From: Felis catus
Taxonomy: Eukaryota
NCBI RefSeq assembly: GCF_018350175.1
Contig: NC_058368.1
Location: 42,224,001-42,288,000 of the forward strand
Reading direction: 5' to 3'
DNA: 64,000 nt
The notes beneath the pieces are model-generated. The model did not search any database. It was not told the origin of the DNA and worked only from the letters and a program-made list of their open reading frames with translations. Made by a program: the position numbers and the translations under genes. The first letter of the stretch is position 1; every line of letters starts with the position of its first letter. This document shows positions 48,955-62,148 of this stretch, piece by piece.

Positions 48955-49154
48955 AAAAAAAAGTTTAAGTTTATTTATTTATTTTGAGAGAAGCGGGGAG
49001 GAGCAGAGAGGGGGAGACAGAGAATCCCAAGCAGGCTCCACACTTTGAACGCAAAGCCCAAAGATACGGGGCTCAAACTCATGAACCATGAGATCATGAC
49101 CTGAACCAAAATCAAGAGTCAGATGTTTAACCAAATGATTCACCCAGGCACCCC
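48955..49154 (-). mobile_element. CanSINE
   Basis: Perfect TSD cagaaagtacattt (48941-48954 / 49155-49168). Confidence 0.94.
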
Positions 49155-49302
49155 CAGAAAGTACATTTTAAAGCTGCTTGGCTTCCTGGCCAAAAACATG
49201 GGAATAACTATCTACCGATAGACCAGGAGTGTTGGAAAGTACAAGGCTACAAGAACCAATTTGAAAAGAAGTATAAACCTCTTCCCTAAAGGTATGTTTT
49301 TA

Positions 49303-49524
49303 TTTTTGTAATTTTTTTATTACATTTATTTATTTTTGAGAGACACAGTGAGACAAGGTGAGAGGTGGGGAGGGGCAGAGAGAGAGGGAGACATAGAACC
49401 CAAAGCAGGCTCCAGGCTCTGAGCTGTCAGCACAGAGCCCGATGCGGGACTCGAACCCACAAACCATGAGATCATGACCTGAGTGAAGTTGGACGCCTAA
49501 CCTACTGAACCACCCAGGCGCCCC
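49303..49524 (-). mobile_element. CanSINE
   Basis: TSD taaa(g/a)gtatgttttta (49287-49302 / 49525-49540). Confidence 0.95.
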
Positions 49525-50474
49525 TAAAAGTATGTTTTTAAAGAAAATTCCTGTTGTTAGATGCAGACTAAACTCACATAGTTACCTATTTTAAATGTAT
49601 GGAGTTCATTATTTCAGAATTCGTTATCAAACTTACATGTGTTACGGGATTTAGTTGGCTAGTTCGTTGGTTAGTTTGTTTAGTTACTTTTTCTACTTTA
49701 ACTGACCCTGAATGGAATTATTTGGGAGATTCTGACTCCTGGGTTTCAAGGAACTTCCATCTTCTGTAGGTAGAGAACAGATTCTTATAATGTTTGAATG
49801 TAGTGGCAATCTCCTCACATCCATCCCTATTTTAAGATGCAAACATGTGGGTGACATAAAGAAAAATTAAAATATGTTAAGAAAGTATCAAGTAATGAAT
49901 GACTTTTCCCTCTATTTTCATAATACCATATACATCTAACTGGCTAGTTTTCTAATATTAGTGGTCAATCTGAAACTACTTACATTTCATATATGTGAGC
50001 AGTACTTGACCAAATTAAATTTTAGCCATTCTTTTAATGTGTCCAAATTCAGAAACTCTCTGAATTGCATGCAAAATTCATAAACTTACATTACCTGACA
50101 AAGAAGCTGGAGTTGGCTGCCGCCCAAAATGTAGCTCTATTTTTGTCATTTTTCACCGTGTAACAGTGTTTGTGCAATAATTACAACCTATCATTGTGTT
50201 TGGGATTTATATTTTATAAAGTAGATAAAAACTAAAAAAAATAATTTCATATTGATCTTATTTCTGAAACATTCTTTGCAAAATTGGAAAAAAAAGAAGA
50301 TACCATATTTGTGATAAGACATAGAAATCTTAAAAACCAAACCAAAACAAAACAAAAAACACACACATTCGAATGGGTAACAATGTCCAAAACAGCGAGA
50401 ATTTGGCCTCAATAAAAAAGACTTTGGGCTGCTGCTTTTTTGAATGAATACTTATTTGAAAAATATGTTACATT

Positions 50475-50699
50475 GGGGCGCCTGGGTGGCGCAGTCGGTT
50501 AAGCGTCCGACTTCAGCCAGGTCACGATCTCAGGGTCCGTGAGTTCGAGCCCCGCGTCAGGCTCTGGGCTGATGGCTCAGAGCCTGGAGCCTGTTTCCCA
50601 TTCTGTGTCTCCCTCTCTCTCTGCCCCTCCCCCATTCATGCTCTGTCTCTGTCTGTCCCAAAAATAAATAAACGTTGGAAAAAAAAATTAAAAAAAAAA
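50475..50699 (+). mobile_element. CanSINE, young SINEC_Fc type
   Basis: gcgcagtcggttaagcgtccgacttcagccagg diagnostic body; TSD aaaaatatgttaca (50459-50472 / 50695-50708). Confidence 0.97.
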
Positions 50700-51329
50700 T
50701 ATGTTACACATATATCATTTAAAATTTTGTCTGAAAAGCAAGGAAGAATCAGAAACTTAAAAAATACTTTTACTTCTTTGGTAACAAGTGTGTGGATAAT
50801 ACATGCATACATGCATACACCTTTGACACCATTTTTTTTGTTTCCTTTTTGTTTTATTTTCTGACGTGCATCTTAATAAATGGAGGTTTTACTTAAATTT
50901 CAAGGTTCTTCATTTTAACATCATTAAATAAATTTTAGCATATAGTATCATTCATGGCCTAGGCTATTTGTCAAAGTGAGTTATATGGAAAATAGTATTA
51001 ATAGGTGTTCTTTCAATTTGAGTCAAATTAGTTTACCACGGAGTAGGTAAAAATAAATGTAAATAGAGGCATTTACAATTAAATTACTTAAGTGCATTTG
51101 TATGCTAACCCTACTGTAAATCACCAAGAGAAGTCACTGAGGGGAGAACTTCTTAGACTCATTGAGCTTATACACCCTCTTTACAAGGCTGAGAGTTTAC
51201 ATCTGTAAACTCTGCCCTCGGATTGGGATTTAGGCTGACAGGAGAGGTCACTGCCGAAGTGAAAGAGAGTTGTATTACACTGTGAGTCAGGAGGCTGGTC
51301 TCAAACCCTGGATCTGCTGCCATCTTTGG

Positions 51330-51580
51330 TGGAAGCATTAGAGCAGTGGCCAAGAGCACAACCCACAGATCTAGATTTTCTGGATTTGAATCCTGCCACA
51401 GCCCCTTATCTGCTGTGTGACTATACAAGTCACTTGTCTCCTATACCTTCCTTTATTCAACTATAACCAGAGTCATAGAAGAGTTTACCCCACTGAGAAG
51501 TTAATTCATCAAGTTAATATAATCAAAGTGATTTTGAAGAGCTATTGACCAATGGTAAGTGGTATGTAAGTCTGGGCTAT
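51330..51580 (+). mobile_element. MIR
   Basis: gcagtggccaagagcac...ggatttgaatcctgcc...gctgtgtgactatacaagtcactt. Confidence 0.75.
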
Positions 51581-54055
51581 TTTTTATCAGTGACTTTCAA
51601 ATTTTTTAACTTGTCCCACACTGAGCAACTCATTTTACATAGAAACATGGTATACGCACTCAAATATAAACAAATGTATACATGTGAAGTAAAGTAAAAT
51701 AATATTTAACAATTGTATATAACATATACTTCATATGTATCTTCTGTTTATTTCCCTTATCCTCTTCTTTCCTCATTCCATTCTGTTCTAACCTATTTAT
51801 TAAATTCTATACAGTTTATTCTACTCTGTTCTTTTCTATTCCATTAAGAAAAAGCTGATGCTAAACCTCAGACTGAAACACTTGCTCATTTATCTACATA
51901 ACCTATATACTGATCATTAATGAAACTCTGCCTCAGTCCTCCTGTCCACCTTTCACATTAAACTTATTAGATACTTCATAAAATTTGAAAATTTTCAGAA
52001 AGATCATATTCTGACTCCATTCCTGACCTGCTTAACATGGATCTCCTGGTGGTCTTGGTTCCAAAATTCTTTCTCATGCATAATATGCTGTAGATACTGA
52101 ATAATCGAGGTTTCCAGTAATTCCAAAATTGAAGAAATAAATGACATTTAAAGAGAAAGTATGTACTTAGTCTATTCTTTTTGAAGATTTCATCTGTATT
52201 TAACATATGCAACATATACACATAAATTCTAACATACTCCACTGTTTGTTTGAATCATCTAAAGGAGAAAAAGTAAATCTAGGTAACCACTCCTCAATAA
52301 TTAGAGTGATTCTATGCCACTTCTATTTATAAATAAGCTTTAGCATTTTTAAACTCAAAATTATTTATTATAAAGCTAAAATAAAAGCTAACATCAAGAC
52401 AAAGCTGGGTTTATGTAGTTTATATGATATGTATCATTGTCTATTTAACTGGCATACATAAGTGTGTCTCAAGCTTTTTAAATAGGTTAAGACATTTTTA
52501 TATCTATATCCAAAATTTTATGGACTATAGAACAGATAAAAAGACTAGCTATAATTCTATGTCCATACTTACTAAGATTTGGTGACACAACAAATGACAT
52601 CTCATATGCCCTCTGCAGTAATCACTATATATATTTATAGAGTATAATAATAATATCTATGTTATAGAAATATATATAACTAGTGTAAACATCCAAAAAC
52701 CCATTTCAAGTTTTAAGTATCTTATTATAAGAATTTCTATATCCTATATGCATACATACAATTAAAATTGTTTTATAAAATACTAAATATCATCTATCAT
52801 CTATCAAACATTATTCTTGGTAGATATTTGGAAATTAGAATGAGGATTTTATAACATGAAAGCTTTTGTGAAAAATATCTATTTAATTTGTCAATGTGCA
52901 CTTCTAACAATAGATCTTTTGACTTTCCATTTGATTTCCAAATCCTTTCAATGGTAACTAGAAAGAAATCTCACAGTTCAGAATCATCACAGAGAAGAAA
53001 ATTTCACTCATTATTATTTCAATATTTTAATTTTCTAAAAAAATGTTAACATTTCCTAGTTTTCTATCTTTTCTATTTCTATCCTCTTCTCACATGTATT
53101 TGTATTACCTTCACTCTTCCCAATGGGTCTTCAATGTCCTGAGATATTTAGTGTCCCAATAAATTATTTATGACCATGTACTCTATAGGACTTTAAATAC
53201 AAAGCTTTCCGTCAGGCTTCTCTATTAGTATCCACAGATATATGCAGAACCTTCTGAAAACTCCACACATCTATGTTAATTCTATATGCAAATGCCCGGC
53301 CTGTATTAATCACAACATGCAACCTCAGTTGATTTAAAAAGTACTGTCAGGCAGGGATATTTTTCTCTCATTCTCACAGTTTGATATTATTTATTGTCAT
53401 TTCATGTGTGGGTTCCATGCCGATGTAACAGATATTGATTTACACCTTTTTGTATTCTACCTTTTGGTTGTTTTGTTATAATTTCAGGATCCTTCAGTGA
53501 AAGGTACTATGGTTGTCACTTGTTTGAAAGGCCCTTCTCTCTCTTTGTACACTCTATTCTCTCCACAAACAGCTGCATCACACTTGTCATTCTGAATGGC
53601 AAAGATGTCTTTGGCTGATAAGCCTATGTGCCTGTGGCACACAAAGTGGCTTCAAACGACTAATTAGCAGGAGCTGGGCCACAGCAAGGTTTGGTGCTGT
53701 CCATCAAGCATGCAACCATGGCTGACACCATCAGCAAATCTGTCAAATGTGGTTCTTCTTGTGAATAAACCCAAGGCCACTTGCTCTGTGGTGAAGAAGA
53801 AATTGGCAGAACATGTATAATAAAAAGTAAAAGAGGGTGATGGCCACCTTTACACAGGGTTAAGTAATGAAAAAAAAAAAAAACTTAAGTTAGAGGAAAA
53901 TTTGATCACTGATTTATAGCTGTTGCTGGAATACAGGGAATCAAACTGAAATCTTCTCCATGAATTTCCAATGGAACAATCCCCAATGGATCAAGTATAT
54001 TTATTTAGCTTCTGGAAAACATTAATGTGCACTTTCTTAATAGTAGGGAGCTATT

Positions 54056-54290
54056 GGGGTGCCTGGGTGGCTCAGTGGGTTAAGCATCTGACTGCAGCTC
54101 AGGTCATGATCTCGCAGTTCGTGGGTTCAAGCCCGCATTAGGCTCTGTACTGACGGCTCAGAGCCTCGAGCCTGCTTTGAATTCTGTGTCTCCCACTCCC
54201 TTCCCTCTGCTACTCGCACTCTGTCTCTCTCAAAAATAAATAAACATTCGAAAAAATTTTAATAAAAAATAAATAAAATCAAAATAAATA
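54056..54290 (+). mobile_element. CanSINE
   Basis: Degenerate TSD aatagtagggagctat / aataatagggggttat. Confidence 0.94.
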
Positions 54291-54565
54291 AATAATAGGG
54301 GGTTATCAATTATTACATATAAAATCAGATTTGCACATCCACATACAGATGCAACCTTAAGTAATATCTATTACATATATTCATATACAGCATATACAAT
54401 TATTATATATAAAATTCACTTAAAAATCCAAATCTGTAGGAATGCATCTATTAATATGCATATCTGATTTCACAATTGTTCAAAAGTTTTTAAAACAACA
54501 ATATTGAACACGCATTGAGAAACATTATATAGTCACTGTTCTTAATAATCAAAAGTATATGTAGA

Positions 54566-54755
54566 GGGGCACAGGGGTGACTCAGTCGGTTAAGCATCTG
54601 ACTCTGGATTGTGGCTCAGGTTCTTGATCTCATGGTTCTTGAGTTCAAGCACTACATCAGTTCTCTGCTGTGGATTCTCTCTCTACCTCTCTCTCTGCCC
54701 CTACCCAGCTCATGCTCGCTTGCTCTCTCTGTCTCAAGATAAACTTAATTTTTTT
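54566..54755 (+). mobile_element. CanSINE, old, internally deleted
   Basis: TSD aaagtatatgt (54552-54562 / 54756-54766). Confidence 0.9.
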
Positions 54756-54879
54756 AAAGTATATGTGGATATTGCATTACAAGTTTGATAGCTATTGCCA
54801 TTCTGTATTATGAGCCAGGATGATGTCTTGATAATAGAGCCGAAAGACATCTGAATTGAGAAGAGAAATAACCCAATGG

Positions 54880-55255
54880 AAATTTCCTCAAACCTGTGAT
54901 GCCTCTTCCCAACACCTAGGCTTCACACAGGCAATCTTTCTGAGAAACATTCTCATTTGTCCACAACCACAGAAATCACACCACTCTTGATCATTTACCT
55001 GGTAGACTCGTTCAAGCCTTACAGTAACATTATTATGTTTTCCTCTCCTAGGTTAAATTTGCTCCTGCCATGTGTTCTTGATTCTTGAACATATCTTACT
55101 GTACCACTGCTTGCACTTTATGGCAACTTGCTGAATATAAAAATGTGTCCCCTGTAATACCTGAGACAAAAAGAAGTACGTGTGCCTGCCTGCTCAGCAT
55201 GATGTACTTAGCATATCATGTAACAGAATCTTTGGTATATTTGTTGGATGAATAT
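54880..55255 (+). mobile_element. L2 3' fragment
   Basis: Ends gtacttagcatatc...tatatttgttggatgaat, typical of an L2 terminus. Confidence 0.45.
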
Positions 55256-56849
55256 TTGTGGCAGGCAGGCAGACAGGGATTATTAATGTAGGATTTACAG
55301 ACTGGCTTCAGTACAATTATGGAAAAGGTCAACAAGGGGAAGATGGGTAATTTGCTTCCACTCCACAGAACAGTCTCAACATCATGTTTATGGGTGAGAA
55401 CAAAGGAAAGAATGTCTAGCACCCAATCTCTGTTTATCTGGCTTAGGGGATGTATTTATGGCTCCATTTAAAACATTAAATCAAACCACATTCAGAAGGC
55501 AGAGATAAGTAGGAGAGATTTGGTGAAATATGTATATTTTTATATTACTCCATACTGCTAATACCTCCTATGATTTTCAAACATAAGTTTATACTGTGAA
55601 ATAACAATATTAATGTGTTTGTAGAAAACATCATACATAGGCATTAGACATGAATGTATGTAGTATCTGTGTACTATTGTACTATAAATTCTTTGACTTC
55701 TTAGTAATTTGTTTCAAATTTATACTGACTTGGTAGCAAATAAGTGGTAATTAACAAAAATGCAAAGATATAGGAGAAATTTATCTCCATATAATATAAA
55801 CCACACATGACAAATACACATCAAGGAGACTTTTCAATCAGTCATTAAGTATGGTTTAAAATGGTAGTCAGCAATTGTCCCTGGATTTGTTAGAAACTGT
55901 CCACAAGGCTAATCTTACATAAAATGGCATGCAAGTAAGATCTTTGACTTTTCCCAGTTGGGCATGTGAGAACTTAACCCTAACAAGCTGCAAACCATGA
56001 TACGTATTTTTTGTTATTTTGCTAAAGTGCAGATTTGGGTCCTTAATGATAAAAGAATGAAAACAGGAATAAATCCTTATCTCGTGAGTGAGCTGGTCTG
56101 TCATGTAGCATCCTTTCTCTACTGACTGTAATATATGCAAAGTTTCACCATAAGTGACTGAAGTGTAACACAGCTTTTATCATTTTGGTGGGTAATCTTA
56201 GATGTTACTGAGAATTTAAATATTTTGATATACTGAGAATTATTCCCAAAATATATATGTATATCAATGTATATAATAAGAGTGTGTGTGCGTGTATGTG
56301 TGTGTGTATATCTTAAATGTTTTTACCTTTGGGATTTTAGAAAAGGTTGTTCTTATAAAGAAAAAAAATGAAAACAAACTGGCTTGTGAATTAATTTGGC
56401 ATTATTAGATAAAATTACTCCCAAATATTATAACATGTAATTATTGCTAAATGATGTGAGTATTAATTACTTTAACTTAAAAGCTGATATCAACTGTAAT
56501 CTCTATTCTAAGGACAGAACACATTTATTCTTTGAAAATTAAATGTGCTTGGGTCACACAACTATATAAAACACCAAAAACAGGAAAATGTAAGTATGTA
56601 GTATAATATTTCATATACTAGATTCTGTTTATTTAGATCCGGACTGTTAGTTAATTAAGTCAAAGTTAATCTGTAATAAATACAGAAAAGAGGAAAGGAA
56701 AGAGAAGAGAAAAAAGAAAAGACCAAGATCAAGTGAGACAAAAGTAAAAGCCTTTTGGCTTTATATCTTTCCCTTTTTATTTGAACGTAACAGATAACGT
56801 TATCATTTTGCTATTACTCCATTTGATATTATTAATTTAAATTAGAGTG

Positions 56850-57040
56850 TTCTATGCTATGGTTACAAACATGGAGAACCACTGTTCTCCTAGCTCTCAG
56901 TGTGCCTTTGTTTCGGTGAACCCAAGCTCAAGGTATACCTGTAACTCCATCTTTAATGGTGGGAAAAGTATACTTACCTGGAAGACTTATTGTCCTAAAT
57001 GAGGTTATGAATGTGAAATGCAACACACAAAATAATAGTA
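56850..57040 (+). mobile_element. MIR-like fragment
   Basis: ccatctttaatggtgggaaaagtatacttacctgg...taaatgaggttatgaatgtgaaatgc. Confidence 0.45.
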
Positions 57041-57964
57041 ATAATCTAATACATTTTAATTCTATTCTCTTCCCACATGCTCTTCTCACTCTCCATTTGA
57101 CATATTTTTATTCTGTTAAATATTTCCATCAAATGACACCATTGGAATGTTTGTGAAGCCAATGATAATTTAACTTCTATGTATCTCTGACCAGCAAACC
57201 CTGTGTCACAAATTTATGTAAAAGGTTAAAAACATTTTCCTTATCAAAACTGTTTTCCCAGTTTTGGTCTGGAGATTTATAGTAGTGGTCCATCCTGGGA
57301 TATCTTGATCAACCATCTGTACCCATGAATTTCACACTTGTGATAACTGCCACATTTCCAAGTCTGGCGGCTAAAATTCATACTTATTTTAAAAGTCTTC
57401 CACCAATCTCCCTAACTCTTAGAGCTAAGATTTTCATCTGACATTGATTTTCGGATTTCATTGCTACAAGGGAAAAGTCTTATCTCAAAAATTCATACAC
57501 TGAACACTAGACCATTTTGTAAAAATACTTTAGCTCAAGCATCAAAAACAGTGACAGGGAACAGCTACTCATACTGAGATGCAGTCTTGTGTGAATTCCA
57601 ATAACTATGAGACATTTTCCTACAGATTGCAGAATATAGACACTGAAAGCTCTATCCACTTGCATCCTATGCTATTTCATGGGTAAAGGGAACTGAACAT
57701 AATAGAAGGGAAATGACAATAAAATTTATGGATCAAAGAGGCTTAGTAAAGGTAATATGCATTTATGGCATGAAAACAATGTGCACTTATTCATTTCTAT
57801 GCTTGTATTTTAACTATGAAGGCTTTGTGTATCCAGTGACAGAGCTCTGTCGGGAAAACTTAAATATGACAATTCGTTTAAATTCCAGACCTTATTTATA
57901 ATCTAGTTTAAGAAAAATTTTCAAATGTGAACTATTTTCTCTAACATTTGCATAGAAATTTTTT

Positions 57965-58330
57965 ACGTAGCTTAGAAGTAGTCATTAGATCACTCGAGGA
58001 TCAGAAACCCTGGATCTAATCCTAGTGCTATCACTAGCTAGCTCTGTGACCTAGGGCAAGCTCCTCCATCTTTCTTGTTTTCAACTTATGCCTCAGTAAT
58101 ATGAATATATAATCTCCATGGTCTCTGATGACTAAATAGCTTGCGAATTTGTTTTGACTTCAATACTATCTTAGGGTAATTAACCTTGTAGTTCCTGTGG
58201 TTATATTCCAGCTCCATTAGTTACTACCTGTGTGAATGCAAGCAACTTACGTAACTTCCGTGTGCCTCAGTTTCCCTATCTGTAAAATGGGAATAATGGG
58301 GTTGCTGTCAGAATTAAAATGAGCTACATT
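57965..58330 (+). mobile_element. Two adjacent MIR fragments
   Basis: ctggatctaatcctag...tgtgacctagggcaag and ccagctccatt...aacttccgtgtgcctcagtttccctatctgtaaaatggg. Confidence 0.8.
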
Positions 58331-58810
58331 TTAATGATTCTAATATGTAAGCTTTCTTATACTTTAACATAACTTAAAGTGGGATACATATTAAGGAAAT
58401 CATATATAAGCACTTACCAGAGTTTAATCAACAGCAATTCTTCTCAATGGTAAATGAAATTATAGCATGGGTTATGCTAAGCTGTTATACATTAACATCT
58501 TAACATCATAGATTAGACAAAATTTGGTAATATATATGAAGAGTCTGGAATAATGTCTGCTAAAAGATTACCCATTAGCTGATACTAGCATTCCTCTATG
58601 AGTGAGCAGTAATTGTTATATCTAAGTTAAGCATGATGGGCAAAGTCCGATAATTTAAGAATGATTAAAACTTTGCTAGTCATACAGCCTTGGTTTTGTG
58701 TTGTATCTAAAGTTGTAATACAAACTTAATAGCTTCATTCAGATTAATCATATTAGTTGACAAAAATATGACTTTCTACTTGAACAGTATGGCTTTATTC
58801 AATTAAATAT

Positions 58811-59017
58811 ATTTTTTTAATGTTTATTTTTGAGACAGAGAGAGACAGAGCATGAACGGGGGAGGGGCAGAGAGAGAGGGAGACACAGAATTGGAAGCAG
58901 GCTCCAGGCTCTGAGCCATCAGCCCAGAGCCCGACGCGGGGCTCAAACTCACAGACCGTGAGATCGTGACCTGAGCTGAAGTCGGACGCTTAACCGACTG
59001 AGCCACCCAGGCGCCCC
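58811..59017 (-). mobile_element. CanSINE, relatively young felid type
   Basis: CpG-rich; TSD tcaattaaatat (58799-58810 / 59018-59029). Confidence 0.96.
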
Positions 59018-59348
59018 TCAATTAAATATTTTTATGATAAAAAGACCTAACATGTTTTTTTTTTGCTTTAGTAAAGTGATTAAAGTGGGAAAGTATAAAT
59101 TGTGAGAAAATAAAAAATTAGTAATATATTTACCAGGCTTACCACATTATTCGATGTAAAGCAAAAATAATAACAGCATAGCACAGGAACCAACTTTGTA
59201 GGTTATGATCACTTTCCATTATTAATTTTCAAAAATGATTAATATTAGATCAAGAACTTTTAAGGAACCGGTTACTGAAACTACCCCCTTTGTTATTGTT
59301 CTATAGACATTAAACATTATACAGAAACCCTGTGTTGCAGAATGCTTT

Positions 59349-59547
59349 TTTTGTAAGCTTACTTATTTTGACAGAGAAAGACAAAAAGAGACAGACACAA
59401 GTGGAGGAGGGGCAGAGAAAGGGAGGGAGAGAATCCCAAGCAGGCTCTGTGCTGTAAGTATGGAGCCTGATGCAGGGCTCAATCTCATGAACATTGAGAT
59501 CATGACCTGAGTTGAACACTTAACCAACTGAGCCACCCAGGTGTCCC
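59349..59547 (-). mobile_element. CanSINE, older
   Basis: TSD tt(g/a)cagaatgcttt (59335-59348 / 59548-59561). Confidence 0.92.
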
Positions 59548-60780
59548 TTACAGAATGCTTTATAACACTGCAAAACAGGCATTACTTCTGTCTCCAAGTT
59601 TTATTTTCTAAGAAACGTCAGCAGAGATTTTCTCTCTGTGTTAAAAAAAAAAAAAAGTACACTCAGTAAATTAGGTATATTATGATGAAAATCCATTTAA
59701 CAAATAACAAAATGAAAAACTATTTAAAGGACAAAATGTAAATGATGGCCAAACATACTCATAAAGAGCTTGAAACAGACCCCAGCACTGAGTATCAGTG
59801 CCACAAAAATATCAGCTGTCAATGTCATTATCTTTATTTAGTATCATAGACCACTAGAAAGAGAGAGGACCTTAGAGATGACCTAATCTGAAACCATTCA
59901 GACTACAATGGGCCTGGAATATGATGGTTAAATGAGAATTTGGGGATTTTTAAAAAATAATTTGTTTACTTTCTTTTGTTTATAAGTATAACACAGATTT
60001 ACTTTCACCGTTCTTTGATAATTGGAATCATAAGTCAACATGATAACTTGGAGTATCATTTTTTCTTTCTTACCTATCTTCTCTAGACAAATAAACCCTG
60101 TACAAACTGTGCTCTTGTGCATTGGGCCTTATAAAATATCCAGGGAAGAATAAAAATACCATTCACAGAAAACTATTTTAATTTTGGCTTATTTAAATTC
60201 TCTACAAAAAATAAGGAAATCTTTGGGATTTCAGTGGCTTTCAGAATGTTGTGCATGGGCTTTGTAAATATTTACATGAGTTTTTATTTATGAATAAAAC
60301 TTATTTATTTATGCCATAAAATAACTGTTCTTGTGTTATTATTGGATGCAATAAGGGTGATTCATGGGAGAAATTTCCATGTTCTACACACTTGAAATAT
60401 ACACACTAATGATGATAAATCAAGAGGTTAAATTATCATTCTTCTCTCAACTGCCAAGTGATTGAGATTTTGGAGAAAGAGAGAGGAAATAAAAGCAAAA
60501 TAGGAAGAAGAATATATGTTCTAGGTAAGAAGGATGCTTCTGAATACTTAGATCCACACAAAGAAAAATAAAATATGTGAAGGAAGTATTAGGAGATAAA
60601 ACGGTCCAAAATATCACTTTAACATTTTTCCATCTCAATTAATGGTTTGTTAGAAAGAAGTTGCTTACTCAGTAAAATTTCTATTAATCAAAATAGTTTC
60701 TCTGACCTACATTACTACTGGGAGTTTTGAGAATGACAGATGCCTTTACTTGGCAAAAACTAGTGCGAAAAACCTGTACT

Positions 60781-61003
60781 GGGGCACCTGGGTAGCTTGG
60801 TCATTTAAGTGTCTGACTCTTGATTTCAGCCCAGGTCATGATCTCACAGTCATGAGATTGAGCCCTGCATCAGGCTCCACACTAAGCACGGAGCCTGCTT
60901 GGGATTCTCTCTCTCCCTCCCTCCCTCTCTCTCTCCTCTTTCTCTCTCTCTGCCCCTCCCCCACCCTCTCTCTCACTCACGATAAATAAATACCTTTTAA
61001 AAA
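60781..61003 (+). mobile_element. CanSINE, older
   Basis: ggggcacctgggtagcttgg head; near-TSD aacctgtact / aactctgtact. Confidence 0.93.
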
Positions 61004-61254
61004 GCAACTCTGTACTACTACTAATAATAAAAATGTTTTCAATAACTTTAAGGAAATTGGGGAAAAAACTAGCTTCAATGAGAAAATAGAATACATGCTA
61101 TTAACCACATATACATATACATATTATCTATCTATTCATCATCTCTCTGCAATCCATATGTTATGACTGCAGAAATACATGAAACAAATATGTGTGTGTT
61201 AATATTAGAGTTAACTATTGAAACACAATTCCTTAAAAACATTGATCTTAAAAA

Positions 61255-61360
61255 ATTGATCTATTATATAATGTGAACATACTCAACACTACTAACTGTA
61301 ACTCTAAAATGATTAAAATGGTAAATATTATGTGTTTTATACCACAATTTTAATAAATTA
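61255..61360 (+). mobile_element. Old L1 (L1MB-like) extreme 3' end
   Basis: aatgtgaacatactcaacactactaactgta...aaaatgattaaaatggtaaatattatg...taccacaat. Confidence 0.7.
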
Positions 61361-62046
61361 AAATAAATATAATAGATTTTTGCAACCAGTCCTGTTAGAA
61401 CGATTGGTACTAGAATAGCCCTCACGACATAAAAAAAGAAAAGATAAAAGAAAAAAACAACAAAATGTGGATCTTCTACATTTTACAGTGGATGGACTCG
61501 TTAAGCAAAAAGGAAGGTAATTTTTATTTTCAGTTCAAAAAATGAGGAAGTAAAGAATCAAGCTGAGAAAAGGTAGAAGAAAGAGAAAAGATTAATAAAA
61601 ATTCCAGTTACCCTGTTCATATTAAGCAACATGGTCTTCTCTATCTTCCCTAACTGTAGGATATGAAGCAAATAAATCTTTCAACAAATACATGTTCACA
61701 TCTTTTAGCTCAACTAATAAAAATGAATCAACTAAGAATCTTTAACTCCAAAAGAAAGTTGCTCATTACTTTCTCCAAAAATAGGTAATAATCAACACTT
61801 TGCATTCAATGGCAAGAATATTGAATTTAATAGCTGCACTATTACCAAAGAGGAAAGATATTATTGTTTGCTTTTTGTTCTAAAATTCTTTATTTAAGTT
61901 GTTTAAAAAAGTACTAGCATAAAAATATGAACATAAAAGAGGATGGCAAAGAAAATGTTTATAATAGTTAACTCAGACTATATACAATCACTAGGAAAAT
62001 GCAAATTGCTCACTACTAACATGGTCTCTATAGAGATATGGCATAC

Positions 62047-62148
62047 CTCGTAATGGCTTTCTTCATTCTCCTGAATGTGGAAACCCGCAGAGCTGGGACA
62101 TTTCTGAGGAGTGACAGGAATATTGTCACTTTTGCTGTGTGAGTTACA
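62047..62148 (-). CDS. PCDH9: Internal coding exon (102 nt, 34 aa, phase 0/0) of protocadherin-9, cytoplasmic domain; known cassette exon
   Basis: Minus strand reads ...aatctctttcAG|TGTAACTCACAC...CATTACGAG|GTatgc, with canonical AG/GT boundaries and an open frame [34 protein letters not shown] (inside ORF 61978..62190). From recall, this matches the 34-aa segment that distinguishes long and short PCDH9 isoforms, just before SQRRVTFHLPDG (CM3). Confidence 0.92.

Larger units (their letters stand above)
1..62046 (-). other. PCDH9: PCDH9 intron downstream of the cassette exon (continues beyond window start)
   Basis: Follows the GT donor at 62046-62045. I did not find the next exon (SQRRVTFH...) in the window, which is consistent with the very large PCDH9 introns. 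Confidence 0.85.

Noticed and set aside
56968..56990. Minus-strand CAG|GTAAGT (recursive-site-like)
   Set aside because: It lies in a MIR-like fragment where this motif commonly arises, and the pyrimidine tract is very short.
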